DNA from: an uncultured Rhodospirillaceae bacterium
GTDB taxonomy: Bacteria > Pseudomonadota > Alphaproteobacteria > UBA6615
Assembly: GCA_964530225.1 (NCBI GenBank)
Contig: CAZHBA010000066.1
Span: 1,919-65,918 of the forward strand
Length of the DNA: 64,000 nucleotides
Reading direction: 5' to 3'
Shown: positions 55,339 through 64,000 of the stretch, piece by piece
Layout: each line of letters opens with the position of its first letter
Numbering within the stretch: position 1 is the first letter of the stretch
Notes under the pieces: model-generated
Told to the model about the DNA's origin: nothing
Seen by the model: only the letters and a program-made list of their open reading frames with translations
Databases searched by the model: none
Position numbers and translations under genes: made by a program

Positions 55339-57022
55339 CCCCTCGTCCTCTTGTGCGCGGTGCGGCGATGTTGATGGTTAAGGCGCGGCGTATTTCGGGT
55401 GCGCTTTCGTCGACCGGTGCGATGCCGAACAATGGCGCGATCTGGGAAATCACCCGGCCGACGACCGGTGCCGCGGTCCAGCCGGCGGTGGCGTTGTCGT
55501 TGCTTTCCTTGATGCCCCTGGGTTCGTCTAGGTGCACCATCACCACATAGTGCGGTGCGTTAATTGGGAACACACCAATGAAAGACGAGATCAGGGCTTT
55601 GCGCTTGTATTGGCCGTCGACCTGTTTTTCGGCGGTACCGGTTTTGCCGCCGACCAGATAGCCCGGCGCATTGGCGTTGCGCCCGGTGGTGTTCTTGACG
55701 ACCAGACGCAACAGCCGGCGCATTTGTTCCGATGTGTGTTCGGATATGACCCGTTTGCCACTGGCCGGGGTTTTGCCGCGCCGGATCAGGGTGGCGGGGT
55801 ATAAGGTACCGCCATTGACCACGGCGGCGGCGGCGGTGGCGGCGTGCAACGGGCTGACGGCGATGCCGTAACCGTAGGCGATAGTCATAGTGTTAATTTC
55901 GCGCCAGGTAGCCGGATAGATCGGCCGTGCCTGCTCGGGCAGTTCGACGCTGGAGCGGCGCAACATGCCAAGCTCGGACATGAATTTACGCTGTCGGGTG
56001 CCGCCGATATCCAGTGCCATTTTCGCCGAGCCGATATTCGACGAGTACATGAATATTTCGGGAACCGACAACAACCGGGCTTTTGGATGAAAATCGGTAA
56101 TCCGGGAGCTAGCGGTGCGGATTGGTTTACGGGCGTCGTAAATGCTGGTCAGGTTGGCGGCGCCGGTCTCGAGCGCGATAGCGTGGTTGAATATTTTGAA
56201 AATCGAACCCAACTCGTAGACGCCAAGCGTGGTGCGATTGAAGCGCGCGTCGTCGGGGATCTCGCCGGTCTCGTTGGGATCGAAATCGGGCAGCGAGACC
56301 AACGAGATGATCTCGCCGGAGCGTACATCAAGCACCACGCCGGACCCGCCGATCGCCTTGAATTTTTTGATCTGGGCAGCCAGTTCGCGGCGCAGGATTT
56401 GTTGTGCGCGAATGTCAATCGATAGTGATACCGGTGCGCGGCGTTCGGTAAGCGCGGCATCGAAACTTTTTTCGATGCCGGCCAGCCCGTCATTATCGAT
56501 GCTGGTAAAGCCGACGATATGCGCCGTCAGCCGACCCAGGGGATAGATCCGGTCCTGTTCGTTGCGGAAGTCAAGCCCGGGAATTCCCAGGCGATTGATG
56601 GCGTATTGTTGGCGTGGCGTGAGGTTGCGGCTCAGCCAAATAAATCCCCGGTCCAACGACAGCTGGGCCATCACTTCGGCTTCGCTGAGTTCGGGCAATA
56701 CGCCCACCAGCGCACGTGCCGTGGCCCGCGGGTCAACAATCTCCCTCGGATTACCGTACAGCGACGCCGTCATCAGATTGGTCGCAAGAAGCACGCCGTT
56801 ACGGTCGACGATGTCGGCCCGGTCCATATGGTTTTCGGTTGTGATATTGCGCGCGATCGCTTGGCGCGACGGGCCGGTTTCGCCGAGCACGGTGACATCG
56901 ACCAGACGCACGCAGATGACCAGGAACGCCGTCGCCATTAGCGCGCCACCCACCAGCAGCCGGGTCCGTGCCACGTCCAACGCTTTTTTCTGGACGTTTT
57001 CGAAGGAGTTGTTCTCGGTCAC
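55325..57022 (-). CDS. ftsI: Septal transpeptidase PBP3
   Basis: RADIVDRNG, GSIFK (SxxK), SSN, KTGT. Confidence 0.96.
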   Translation of the reverse strand: MTENNSFENVQKKALDVARTRLLVGGALMATAFLVICVRLVDVTVLGETGPSRQAIARNITTENHMDRADIVDRNGVLLATNLMTASLYGNPREIVDPRATARALVGVLPELSEAEVMAQLSLDRGFIWLSRNLTPRQQYAINRLGIPGLDFRNEQDRIYPLGRLTAHIVGFTSIDNDGLAGIEKSFDAALTERRAPVSLSIDIRAQQILRRELAAQIKKFKAIGGSGVVLDVRSGEIISLVSLPDFDPNETGEIPDDARFNRTTLGVYELGSIFKIFNHAIALETGAANLTSIYDARKPIRTASSRITDFHPKARLLSVPEIFMYSSNIGSAKMALDIGGTRQRKFMSELGMLRRSSVELPEQARPIYPATWREINTMTIAYGYGIAVSPLHAATAAAAVVNGGTLYPATLIRRGKTPASGKRVISEHTSEQMRRLLRLVVKNTTGRNANAPGYLVGGKTGTAEKQVDGQYKRKALISSFIGVFPINAPHYVVMVHLDEPRGIKESNDNATAGWTAAPVVGRVISQIAPLFGIAPVDESAPEIRRALTINIAAPRTRGRGVATN

Positions 57023-57567
57023 CGCGATTCAACTCCTACGTTTTGGGCAACGTTTCCAGCGGTGTTACCGAGGATGGCACGCAATGACGCGTTGAGCGCT
57101 GCATTTTCGGACACGCTCAAGCCCGGTATTAGCTTGGCTGGCTGAGAGGCCAGGTGAACATGGCGCAACGGCCGGAGCGGCGCGGCGGGTTTCACCCTTG
57201 GCCTGGCATTTGTAGTGCTGGCAATTGGTATTTCCGAATCTACGGGCGCTGCCTCTTCCGGTGTTGTCGCCGCCGGCAGAATGTCGGGGAGCGGGTGCCT
57301 AGGCAGGGCGGCGATGTTGGAAAATTGGCTGCCTTTGAGCGGTTGTAGATCCAGGTAGCGGTGGCTCAGGCCTTCGAGGCGTCCCGGCTGGTTGAGATAA
57401 CTCCACTCGGCCCGCAAGATGGGGATCGCGTTGCGGTCGCGTGTGATCTCTTTATTCAGAACGACCAAGCGGTTTTCGAGTTCCGATACTTCGAACGCGA
57501 CGTCGAACAAAGCACCGCCGGCGATGATCGAAAGCGCGAACAGGAGGAGGGTCGCCGGCCGTTTCAT
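57019..57567 (-). CDS. ftsL: Cell division protein FtsL (alphaproteobacterial type)
   Basis: TM + coiled coil, LRAEWSYLNQP.RL; located between rsmH and ftsI. Confidence 0.88.
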   Translation of the reverse strand: MKRPATLLLFALSIIAGGALFDVAFEVSELENRLVVLNKEITRDRNAIPILRAEWSYLNQPGRLEGLSHRYLDLQPLKGSQFSNIAALPRHPLPDILPAATTPEEAAPVDSEIPIASTTNARPRVKPAAPLRPLRHVHLASQPAKLIPGLSVSENAALNASLRAILGNTAGNVAQNVGVESR

Positions 57568-58601
57568 GCGGTGTCCTCCTCTCTGACTGGTCCCCAGCTG
57601 GGTGCCTCGGTGCGTTCGGCGACGCGAAGCCGCGCCGAACGCGCCCGTCGATTTTGGGCGATCTCTGCCTCGCTTGGGCGGATCGCCCGTCGCCGGGTCA
57701 GGCGCCAGGCCGGGTCGCGTTGTGCTGGAATATCGGGACGATGGCGCGAGCCGCGACCCTCGTTGCCGCTGCGCTGGCGCAGGAATACTTTGACCCGCCG
57801 GTCTTCCAACGAGTGAAACGAAACCACAGCCAGCCGTCCGCCGGGCTTGAGGATGGCTTCGGCGGCGCCAAGCCCACGCTCCAGTTCAGCTAGCTCATCA
57901 TTGACCTTGATCCTGAGCGCCTGAAAGGTGCGGGTGGCAGGATCAATCTTGTTGTCACGGTTCCGTTTTCGTGGCGCGGCGACGGCGCGCACGATTTCGG
58001 CGAGTTGCCCTGTGGTCTCGATCGGCGCCTCGGTGCGGGCGACGACAATGGCGCGGGCGATACGCCGGGCTAGGCGTTCTTCGCCATAGGTGTGGATAAT
58101 ATCGGCAAGCTCGCCTTCGTCGACGCTATTCACCAGCTCGGCGGCGCTTTGCCCAGATTTCTCCATACGCATATCGAGGGGGCCGTCCTGAGCAAAGGCG
58201 AACCCGCGCGCCGGATCGTCGATTTGCATCGAGGAGACGCCGAGGTCAAGGGTTACGCCGTCGACAGCGTCGACCCCGCAGTCAGCCAGGAGGGCTTGCA
58301 TGTCGCCGAAGCGGCCGGAGACCAAATGCAGGTGGCCGGCATAGCGCGCTGACAGTTCGGCATTGCGCGCGATGGCGTCGGGGTCCCGGTCGATGCCCCA
58401 GACGATGCAATTAGCCGTTCTGAGTAGAGCGCTGGTATAGCCGCCGCTACCCAGCGTGCCGTCGACATAAACGGCACCGGTGCGCGGTTCGAGGGCGGCA
58501 ATAACGGAATTCAGGAGAACGGGTGTGTGACCAGTTGCAGGGGCAGGTTTGCGGCCTGGCTCGGTCGAATTAGAGCGACGCCGTGACACGGCGGCCGCCA
58601 T
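57564..58601 (-). CDS. rsmH: 16S rRNA m4C1402 methyltransferase
   Basis: HTPVLL, DGTLGSGGY, DLGVSSMQ, PLDMRM, FQALRI.VN, SFHSLEDR. Confidence 0.98.
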   Translation of the reverse strand: MAAAVSRRRSNSTEPGRKPAPATGHTPVLLNSVIAALEPRTGAVYVDGTLGSGGYTSALLRTANCIVWGIDRDPDAIARNAELSARYAGHLHLVSGRFGDMQALLADCGVDAVDGVTLDLGVSSMQIDDPARGFAFAQDGPLDMRMEKSGQSAAELVNSVDEGELADIIHTYGEERLARRIARAIVVARTEAPIETTGQLAEIVRAVAAPRKRNRDNKIDPATRTFQALRIKVNDELAELERGLGAAEAILKPGGRLAVVSFHSLEDRRVKVFLRQRSGNEGRGSRHRPDIPAQRDPAWRLTRRRAIRPSEAEIAQNRRARSARLRVAERTEAPSWGPVREEDTA

Positions 58602-59077
58602 TAATTTGCTCCCCCGTTGTCGCCGGGTGGACCGGCAGGGCGCAAGGTCAAGCCTTGCTCGGCAGCGCGGCGCACGGCTTCGCTCTGGTAGTCGGCGAAG
58701 TCTCCGGGATGCCAAATCTCAAACAGCGGTCCCCGTCCGACAAAGGCGGCGGTCTTAGTGATGTTGGCGTGTTCGACCAGAGACGCCGGCAATATAATGC
58801 GACCCTCGCCGTCGAAGGCGAGTTGCTGGGCATTGGCGAACAAGGTTGCAGTCAGGGTGTCGTGCTCGTCGGAGAAAATGTCGAAGGCACCGACCCCGGC
58901 GCTAAGTTTTTCCATCCACTCCATGCCGCCGCACTGGATCGCCGGATACTTGAAGGACGGCAGGGCGACGATACCGTGGAACGACTGCCCGGCCAGCACA
59001 GCGCGAAACGCTGCTGGTACTGAAACCCGTCCTTTGTTGTCGACCTTGTTAGTCGTCGTTGACAGAAACAACGCCAT
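58601..59077 (-). CDS. mraZ: Transcriptional regulator MraZ
   Basis: Two DxxGR motifs (VDNKGRV, FDGEGRI), FEIW. Confidence 0.96.
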   Translation of the reverse strand: MALFLSTTTNKVDNKGRVSVPAAFRAVLAGQSFHGIVALPSFKYPAIQCGGMEWMEKLSAGVGAFDIFSDEHDTLTATLFANAQQLAFDGEGRIILPASLVEHANITKTAAFVGRGPLFEIWHPGDFADYQSEAVRRAAEQGLTLRPAGPPGDNGGAN

Positions 59078-59189
59078 TGCCTTCGCCCGCTTGCCACATT
59101 GACGCCACACAGCGTCATTTGCCGGCCAGCATTTGCCTCCCCCTCGTTGCGACGGTCGCCAACCTCCATCAGGTCGTAGACGCCAAAAG

Positions 59190-59234
59190 TGAGATTAAAT
59201 GGGATATCATGGGATATCATGGGATATCATGGAT
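59190..59234. promoter_or_regulatory. 10-bp-period TGGGA direct repeats (MraZ/dcw box-like)
   Basis: TGAGA(59190), TGGGA(59200, 59210, 59220), TGGAT(59230); unit TGGGATATCA x3, about 115-155 bp upstream of mraZ. Confidence 0.75.
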
Positions 59235-59369
59235 AGTCAACGTGGAAACAACTAATAAAAGCAGTAGAAAATGAAAAAAATCAGTCACTTTCAATAATGT
59301 TTCGGGTGGTGTTTGCATTCGCCAGTGCGCCATCAAAAGAAGGATCACATGAAAATATGGCGATTGTTT

Positions 59370-59384
59370 GTTCTTGTAATGTTC
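59370..59384. promoter_or_regulatory. Alphaproteobacterial LexA (SOS) box GTTC-N7-GTTC
   Basis: GTTC-TTGTAAT-GTTC, perfect consensus with an AT-rich spacer. Confidence 0.6.
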
Positions 59385-59434
59385 TTACTTGGCCAATGGT
59401 GTCTGGAGTTGTGGATTAAATTTCTGCAAGCGAG

Positions 59435-59485
59435 CGCTGATTCCCGCTGATTCCCGCTGATTCCCGCTGTTTCCTGCCAATTCAT
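59435..59485. repeat. Tandem 10-mer CGCTGATTCC x3 plus two degenerate copies
   Basis: GATTC (GANTC) at 59439, 59449 and 59459; GTTTC at 59469, AATTC at 59479; reads CGGGA-N5 on the minus strand. Confidence 0.85.
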
Positions 59486-59539
59486 GCCCGAACGCCCGTG
59501 ACCGGCACAAGCGCTGCCGTGATGTCCGTGAAGTAAAAA

Positions 59540-59913
<374 letters not shown>

Positions 59914-59922
59914 CCCTTATAT

Positions 59923-60630
59923 TTAGGAGATCGGGGTATCGCCCGCAACCTGCGCCAGCAGCGTGGCCAGCCGGGCGCGGGTTTCGTCGTCGTCGGTGCC
60001 ATCGAAATGGTCGGGGCGAAAATGGCGCTGGAAGGCGGAAATCGCTTCGGTGAGCCAATTCGTCGACACCTCATAGCCGTATTTGGCCAACATCGCGGCA
60101 ATATTGCCGCCTGAGGTGTCGCCGTTTGTATCCGGCCACAGGCCGATACCGTTGTTGGCCAGTTGCTGCCAGGGGAAAAACTCGCCGGGATCGAGCTTTC
60201 GTGCCGGGGCGATGTCGGAATGACCGACCACGTTGCGTGGCGGGATCGGGTGGCGAGTGACAATATCTTGCGCGAGCGTAATCAGGGCGTCAATTTGAGT
60301 AGTTGTAAACTCGCGGTAGCCGAATTCGTGGCCAGGGTTCGACAGCTCGATACCGATTGAGCGCGAATTGATGTCGGTGGCGCCCCGCCAGGCGCTGGCC
60401 CCGGCGTGCCAGGCACGGCGTTCTTCCGGCACCAGCCGGCAGATCGTACTGGCTTCGTCGATAAAGTAGTGTGCGCTAACCTGTGAAGCCGGGTCGCACA
60501 TCCAGTCAAGCGCCTTCGCGTCGGGTATCATGCCGGTGTAGTGGATCACCAGCATATCGATTACGACCGTGCCTCCACCCTCGGCCAGGCGCTCGCCGTG
60601 GTTAGGCGAAGGGCGATCTGAAACGGTCAT
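59923..60630 (-). CDS. N-acetylmuramoyl-L-alanine amidase (Amidase_2, AmpD/AmiD-like)
   Basis: VIHYTGM, VSAHY, RAWHAG, NSRSIGIE, GHSDIAP.RK.DPG, AFQRHFRP. Confidence 0.95.
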   Translation of the reverse strand: MTVSDRPSPNHGERLAEGGGTVVIDMLVIHYTGMIPDAKALDWMCDPASQVSAHYFIDEASTICRLVPEERRAWHAGASAWRGATDINSRSIGIELSNPGHEFGYREFTTTQIDALITLAQDIVTRHPIPPRNVVGHSDIAPARKLDPGEFFPWQQLANNGIGLWPDTNGDTSGGNIAAMLAKYGYEVSTNWLTEAISAFQRHFRPDHFDGTDDDETRARLATLLAQVAGDTPIS

Positions 60631-62450
60631 GTGCCTGCTGCCTCTGCCAATGCTTCGCGCGCGGCTTCCAGTTCGATCCAGCGCGCCTCGGCGGTATCGG
60701 TGGCGGCCGTCACGTCTTCCAACTTCTTCGCCGCTGCGTCATAGGCGTCGGCGTCACGGCTGTAGAGATCGGGATCGGCCAGCAGGGTCTCCAGCTTTTG
60801 CTTCGCCGTTTCCAGTTCGGCGATGTGGGCGGGTAAACCATCGAGTTCGCGCTGGTCCTTGTAGGACAGTTTATGAGTATCTGTTTTACGAGGACGTTGT
60901 GCTGCGGGAGTAGCTTCGCGCTGTTTGGCCGGCACGGTTTGCGGCGAGCGGGATGTCGCACCGCGCTGGTGCAAATAATCCGAATAGCCGCCGGCATATT
61001 CGACCACCTGTCCGTCGCCCTCGACGGCGATGGTGCTGGTGACGATGCGATCGAGAAAATTACGGTCATGGCTGACCAGCAGCACCGTGCCGTCATATTC
61101 GTCGAGCATCTCCTGCAGCACGTCGAGGGTATCGGTGTCGAGGTCGTTGGTCGGTTCGTCGAGCACCAGCAGGTTGCTCGGCTGGGCCAGGATCTTGGCC
61201 AGCAGCAGGCGGTTGCGCTCGCCGCCTGACAGGGTAGCTACCGGCGCCTTGGCCTGTTTGTTGTCGAACAGGAAATCGCGTAAATAAGCCACCACGTGGC
61301 GCAGGCGCCCGCGCACGTTGAGCGCATCGCCGCCGCCGGGTACCAGGGTCTGCCAGAGGGTGTCGGTCGGCACCAAAGTCTCCCGCGTCTGGTCGAACAC
61401 TGCGGTGGTCAAATTGCTGCCCAAGCGTAACCGCCCGCTATCGGGCTCGAGCTTGCCGATCAATAAGTCTAGCAACGTGGTCTTGCCGGCGCCGTTGGGA
61501 CCGATTATGCCGATGCGGTCGCCGCGCAAAACCCGGGTCGAGAAGTTCGAGATAATGACGTTGTTGCCGAACGATTTGGCGAGGCTTTTCGCTTCGATGA
61601 CCAGGCGGCCGCTCAGCGGGCCGGCGTCTGCCTCGACCCTCGCCAGTTCCTTGCCGGCCAACAGGGCCTGGCGTTGTTCGCGCATGGTCTCGAGCTTGCG
61701 TAGCCTTCCCTGGTTGCGCCGTCTCCGCGCCGTGATGCCGTGCACAAGCCAGTGCTGCTCGGCTTTTAATTTCTGATCGAGACGGCGCGCCGCCTTCGCT
61801 TCGGCCTCGAGAATCGCGTCGCTCCAGCGGTCGAAATCGCCATAGCCGCGCGGGCTGTGTCTTAGTTCGCGCCGGTGCAGCCAATAGGTGTCAGTCGTCA
61901 CCGTCTTGAGGAAAGCGCGGTCATGGCTGACCATCAGCAGCGTCTTGCGGCCACCGACCAGGGTTTGCTCGAGCCATTGGATGGTCGGCAAATCGAGATG
62001 GTTGGTGGGTTCGTCAAGCAGCAGTACGTCGGGGTCGCCGAGCAGGGCGCGCGCCAGGGCGGCGCGGCGGCCCTCGCCGTCCGACAGGGACGTCACGTTG
62101 CGTTCGCCGTCCAGACCGACCCGCGATAACACCTCGTCGACCTCGTGGCGCGGTGCGCCGCCGGATTTGGCAGTAGAAACGAAATTGGCCACCGTCCCCG
62201 CGTCGGGCAACGGTACATCCTGGGGCAGGTAGCCGATGGTCAGGCCGGGTTCGAAATACAGCTCGCCGCTGTCGGGCTCGAACAGGCCGGCGATGATTTT
62301 CATGATCGTCGTCTTACCGCTGCCGTTACGCCCCACCAAGCAGGCGCGCATGCCAGGCGTCAAGCTCATCTCAGCGCCCGCGAACAATGGATCACCGCCG
62401 AAGCCGACGACGACATCGCGCAACGTTATGACAGGGGGATCGGTGGCCAT
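60627..62450 (-). CDS. uup: ABC-F ATPase Uup
   Basis: Two ABC domains, ARRRRNQGRLRKL linker, C-terminal KLSYKDQREL...RWIELE domain. Confidence 0.93.
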   Translation of the reverse strand: MATDPPVITLRDVVVGFGGDPLFAGAEMSLTPGMRACLVGRNGSGKTTIMKIIAGLFEPDSGELYFEPGLTIGYLPQDVPLPDAGTVANFVSTAKSGGAPRHEVDEVLSRVGLDGERNVTSLSDGEGRRAALARALLGDPDVLLLDEPTNHLDLPTIQWLEQTLVGGRKTLLMVSHDRAFLKTVTTDTYWLHRRELRHSPRGYGDFDRWSDAILEAEAKAARRLDQKLKAEQHWLVHGITARRRRNQGRLRKLETMREQRQALLAGKELARVEADAGPLSGRLVIEAKSLAKSFGNNVIISNFSTRVLRGDRIGIIGPNGAGKTTLLDLLIGKLEPDSGRLRLGSNLTTAVFDQTRETLVPTDTLWQTLVPGGGDALNVRGRLRHVVAYLRDFLFDNKQAKAPVATLSGGERNRLLLAKILAQPSNLLVLDEPTNDLDTDTLDVLQEMLDEYDGTVLLVSHDRNFLDRIVTSTIAVEGDGQVVEYAGGYSDYLHQRGATSRSPQTVPAKQREATPAAQRPRKTDTHKLSYKDQRELDGLPAHIAELETAKQKLETLLADPDLYSRDADAYDAAAKKLEDVTAATDTAEARWIELEAAREALAEAAGT

Positions 62451-62462
62451 CGGCGCGACCGG

Positions 62463-63194
62463 TTACTTGAGATTCCGTTGGGTGGCGATTCTGTCGTAGG
62501 CGGCGTTGATCGCCGCCAGCTTGTCGTTGGCGACTTCGATGAATTCTTCCGGCATACCCTGGGCGATTAGCGTATCCGGGTGGTTCTCGCGGACCAACTT
62601 ACGATAGCCCGATTTCACCGCCTCGTTGTCGGCGTCGTGGGGGACGCCGAGGACAGTGTAGGGATCGGCTTGGTCGGGGCCCATATGCTCGGCGCGCAGG
62701 CGGGCGAAATCGCCATCGCTGAAGCCAAAAATGTGGGCGACGTTCTGCAAATATTCGGCCTCTGCCTTGGCGACCGTGCCGTCAGCCTGGGCGATATAGA
62801 ACAGGCAACCGAGCAATTCCTCGAGTATCACCGGATTATCGGTGAACATGCCGGCGACCTGGCGCGCATATGGTTCGTATCCGGCGACGCTCTTGCGCGC
62901 CAGATTAAACACCCGCGCCACATTCTTGGTTTCTTCCGGGGCCACCTTGAAGACCCGCCGGAAGGCGCGGACCTCGTCTTCGGTGACGACACCATCGGCC
63001 TTGGCCAGCTTGGCGCCTAGCGCGATAACGGCGATGGTGAAGCCGATCTGCTTGGTCGGGTTGGCACCGGATTCGGCCGGCGCTGTCCTAGTACTGTCGT
63101 AGACATGGCCGGCAACGGCGCCGAGCAGCGCCCCCAAGGGACCGCCGAGCGCAAACCCCGCCGCGCCGCCGATCAATTTACCCCATATGCTCAT
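62463..63194 (-). CDS. djlA: DjlA-like co-chaperone (TerB-like domain + J domain)
   Basis: N-terminal TM, AKLAKADG, DPYTVLG, ENHPD, INAAY. Confidence 0.9.
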   Translation of the reverse strand: MSIWGKLIGGAAGFALGGPLGALLGAVAGHVYDSTRTAPAESGANPTKQIGFTIAVIALGAKLAKADGVVTEDEVRAFRRVFKVAPEETKNVARVFNLARKSVAGYEPYARQVAGMFTDNPVILEELLGCLFYIAQADGTVAKAEAEYLQNVAHIFGFSDGDFARLRAEHMGPDQADPYTVLGVPHDADNEAVKSGYRKLVRENHPDTLIAQGMPEEFIEVANDKLAAINAAYDRIATQRNLK

Positions 63195-63522
63195 GCCATT
63201 CATCTCACCAATACCGGAATGCCATCTGCCGGGCACTGCCTAGCATGGCGCGCGTGTCGCCGCCAATATCGCTAGGGGCGGTGGCCGAATCCCCGGCTAT
63301 CAAGTAAGCGAAGGGATCAACCGGTTGGTTTAATTGCGCCGGTGTGGGGGACGGTTGATGGGTGAACATGACGGTTGGGGTGTTGGCACGAGATAGTATC
63401 TGACGGTGGGGGTTGGTGCGGCCCTGATGGTCCACCGTCGCATCCGGGCGGACCGCTCCCACCCAGGCGTTTCTAAGACTGGTCTCAGCCCGCACCGGGA
63501 AAACCGGCAGCGATGGCCTATT

Positions 63523-63999
63523 CTACAAGCTAATCGGTTGCCCCTCCTTGCAGGACGTGTCGGCGGCCATGGTCAACGCCAGCACGTTGCGCCCATGGTT
63601 GGCGGATGCGAGCCCGACGCCGCCCAATTGTAAAATTGATCGGACGAAAGAATCGGTCTCTTCTTTCATGGGGCCGAAGAATTCCCCAAGCGCGAAATCG
63701 CCCGGCATCGCCGAACCGAGGAAGGCAACGTTGACCTCGTGTTCCGGCGTATAGGGAGTAGGAATTGGATCGATCGGCGCCAACACCACGTCACGGTGGG
63801 AATCGTCGATATTCAACGAACCGCCGGTTCCATGCAGGTCGATCTCCATCGTCGCCGTGTAGGCCGGCCAGTGATGCGGCGGCAGCCAGCTTGTGCCCAG
63901 CGTCGCCACGCTGCCATCGTCGAAGGTAACGATCATCCATTGGAAATCATCGCGATTGTAGGGGGCGAAAACCTTGCTGGCGGATTTGGCATAAACCTC
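63523..63999 (-). CDS. Gfo/Idh/MocA oxidoreductase C-terminal part; 5'-truncated by the window edge
   Basis: Open frame to the window end: EVYAKS...VTFDDGSVATL..SW.....GT.GSL.ID. Confidence 0.75.
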   Translation of the reverse strand, partial: EVYAKSASKVFAPYNRDDFQWMIVTFDDGSVATLGTSWLPPHHWPAYTATMEIDLHGTGGSLNIDDSHRDVVLAPIDPIPTPYTPEHEVNVAFLGSAMPGDFALGEFFGPMKEETDSFVRSILQLGGVGLASANHGRNVLALTMAADTSCKEGQPISL

Positions 64000-64000
64000 G

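Noticed and set aside
57564-58715. Extended N-termini in the ORF track (rsmH, also murB, murC, bamD, queF and the second metH part)
   Set aside because: Downstream starts with stop/start overlaps or an RBS match the family N-termini better.
59190-59485. Short repeats as a CRISPR array
   Set aside because: The units are 10-bp tandem copies with no unique spacers, and there are no cas genes.

Overview
Alphaproteobacterial chromosomal segment (Rhodospirillales-like by gene order and FtsZ/FtsL architecture; this is an inference). Bases 1-9.5 kb form a lower-GC accessory block: a family-5 peptide/nickel-type ABC importer converging on an operon of CoA-transferase III, a ThDP acyl-CoA lyase and an amidohydrolase. 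9.5-28 kb is a patchwork of small catabolic genes, several eroded gene remnants, a queuosine cluster (yhhQ / queA-queF-queG), ettA, mlaAC and a methionine operon. In that operon the SahR-type regulator (ArsR + methyltransferase) is fused in frame to MetF and is followed by a split metH. 28-64 kb is core genome: uvrD, prmA, pepP, ligA, recN, bamD, lpxC, the dcw cluster (mraZ to ftsZ), rnpB, an amidase, uup and djlA. Most notable: (1) the SahR-MetF regulator-enzyme fusion with its palindromic operator; (2) the mraZ upstream region, with two oppositely oriented 10-bp-period arrays (one made of GANTC sites) flanking a perfect alphaproteobacterial LexA box; (3) a window-wide erosion signature of pseudogene stubs plus C>T/G>A changes in conserved motifs; (4) an uncharacterised CoA/ThDP catabolic island. 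No CRISPR array, tRNA, rRNA, transposase or integrase was seen. All family calls are from motif recognition by eye; no database search was run.
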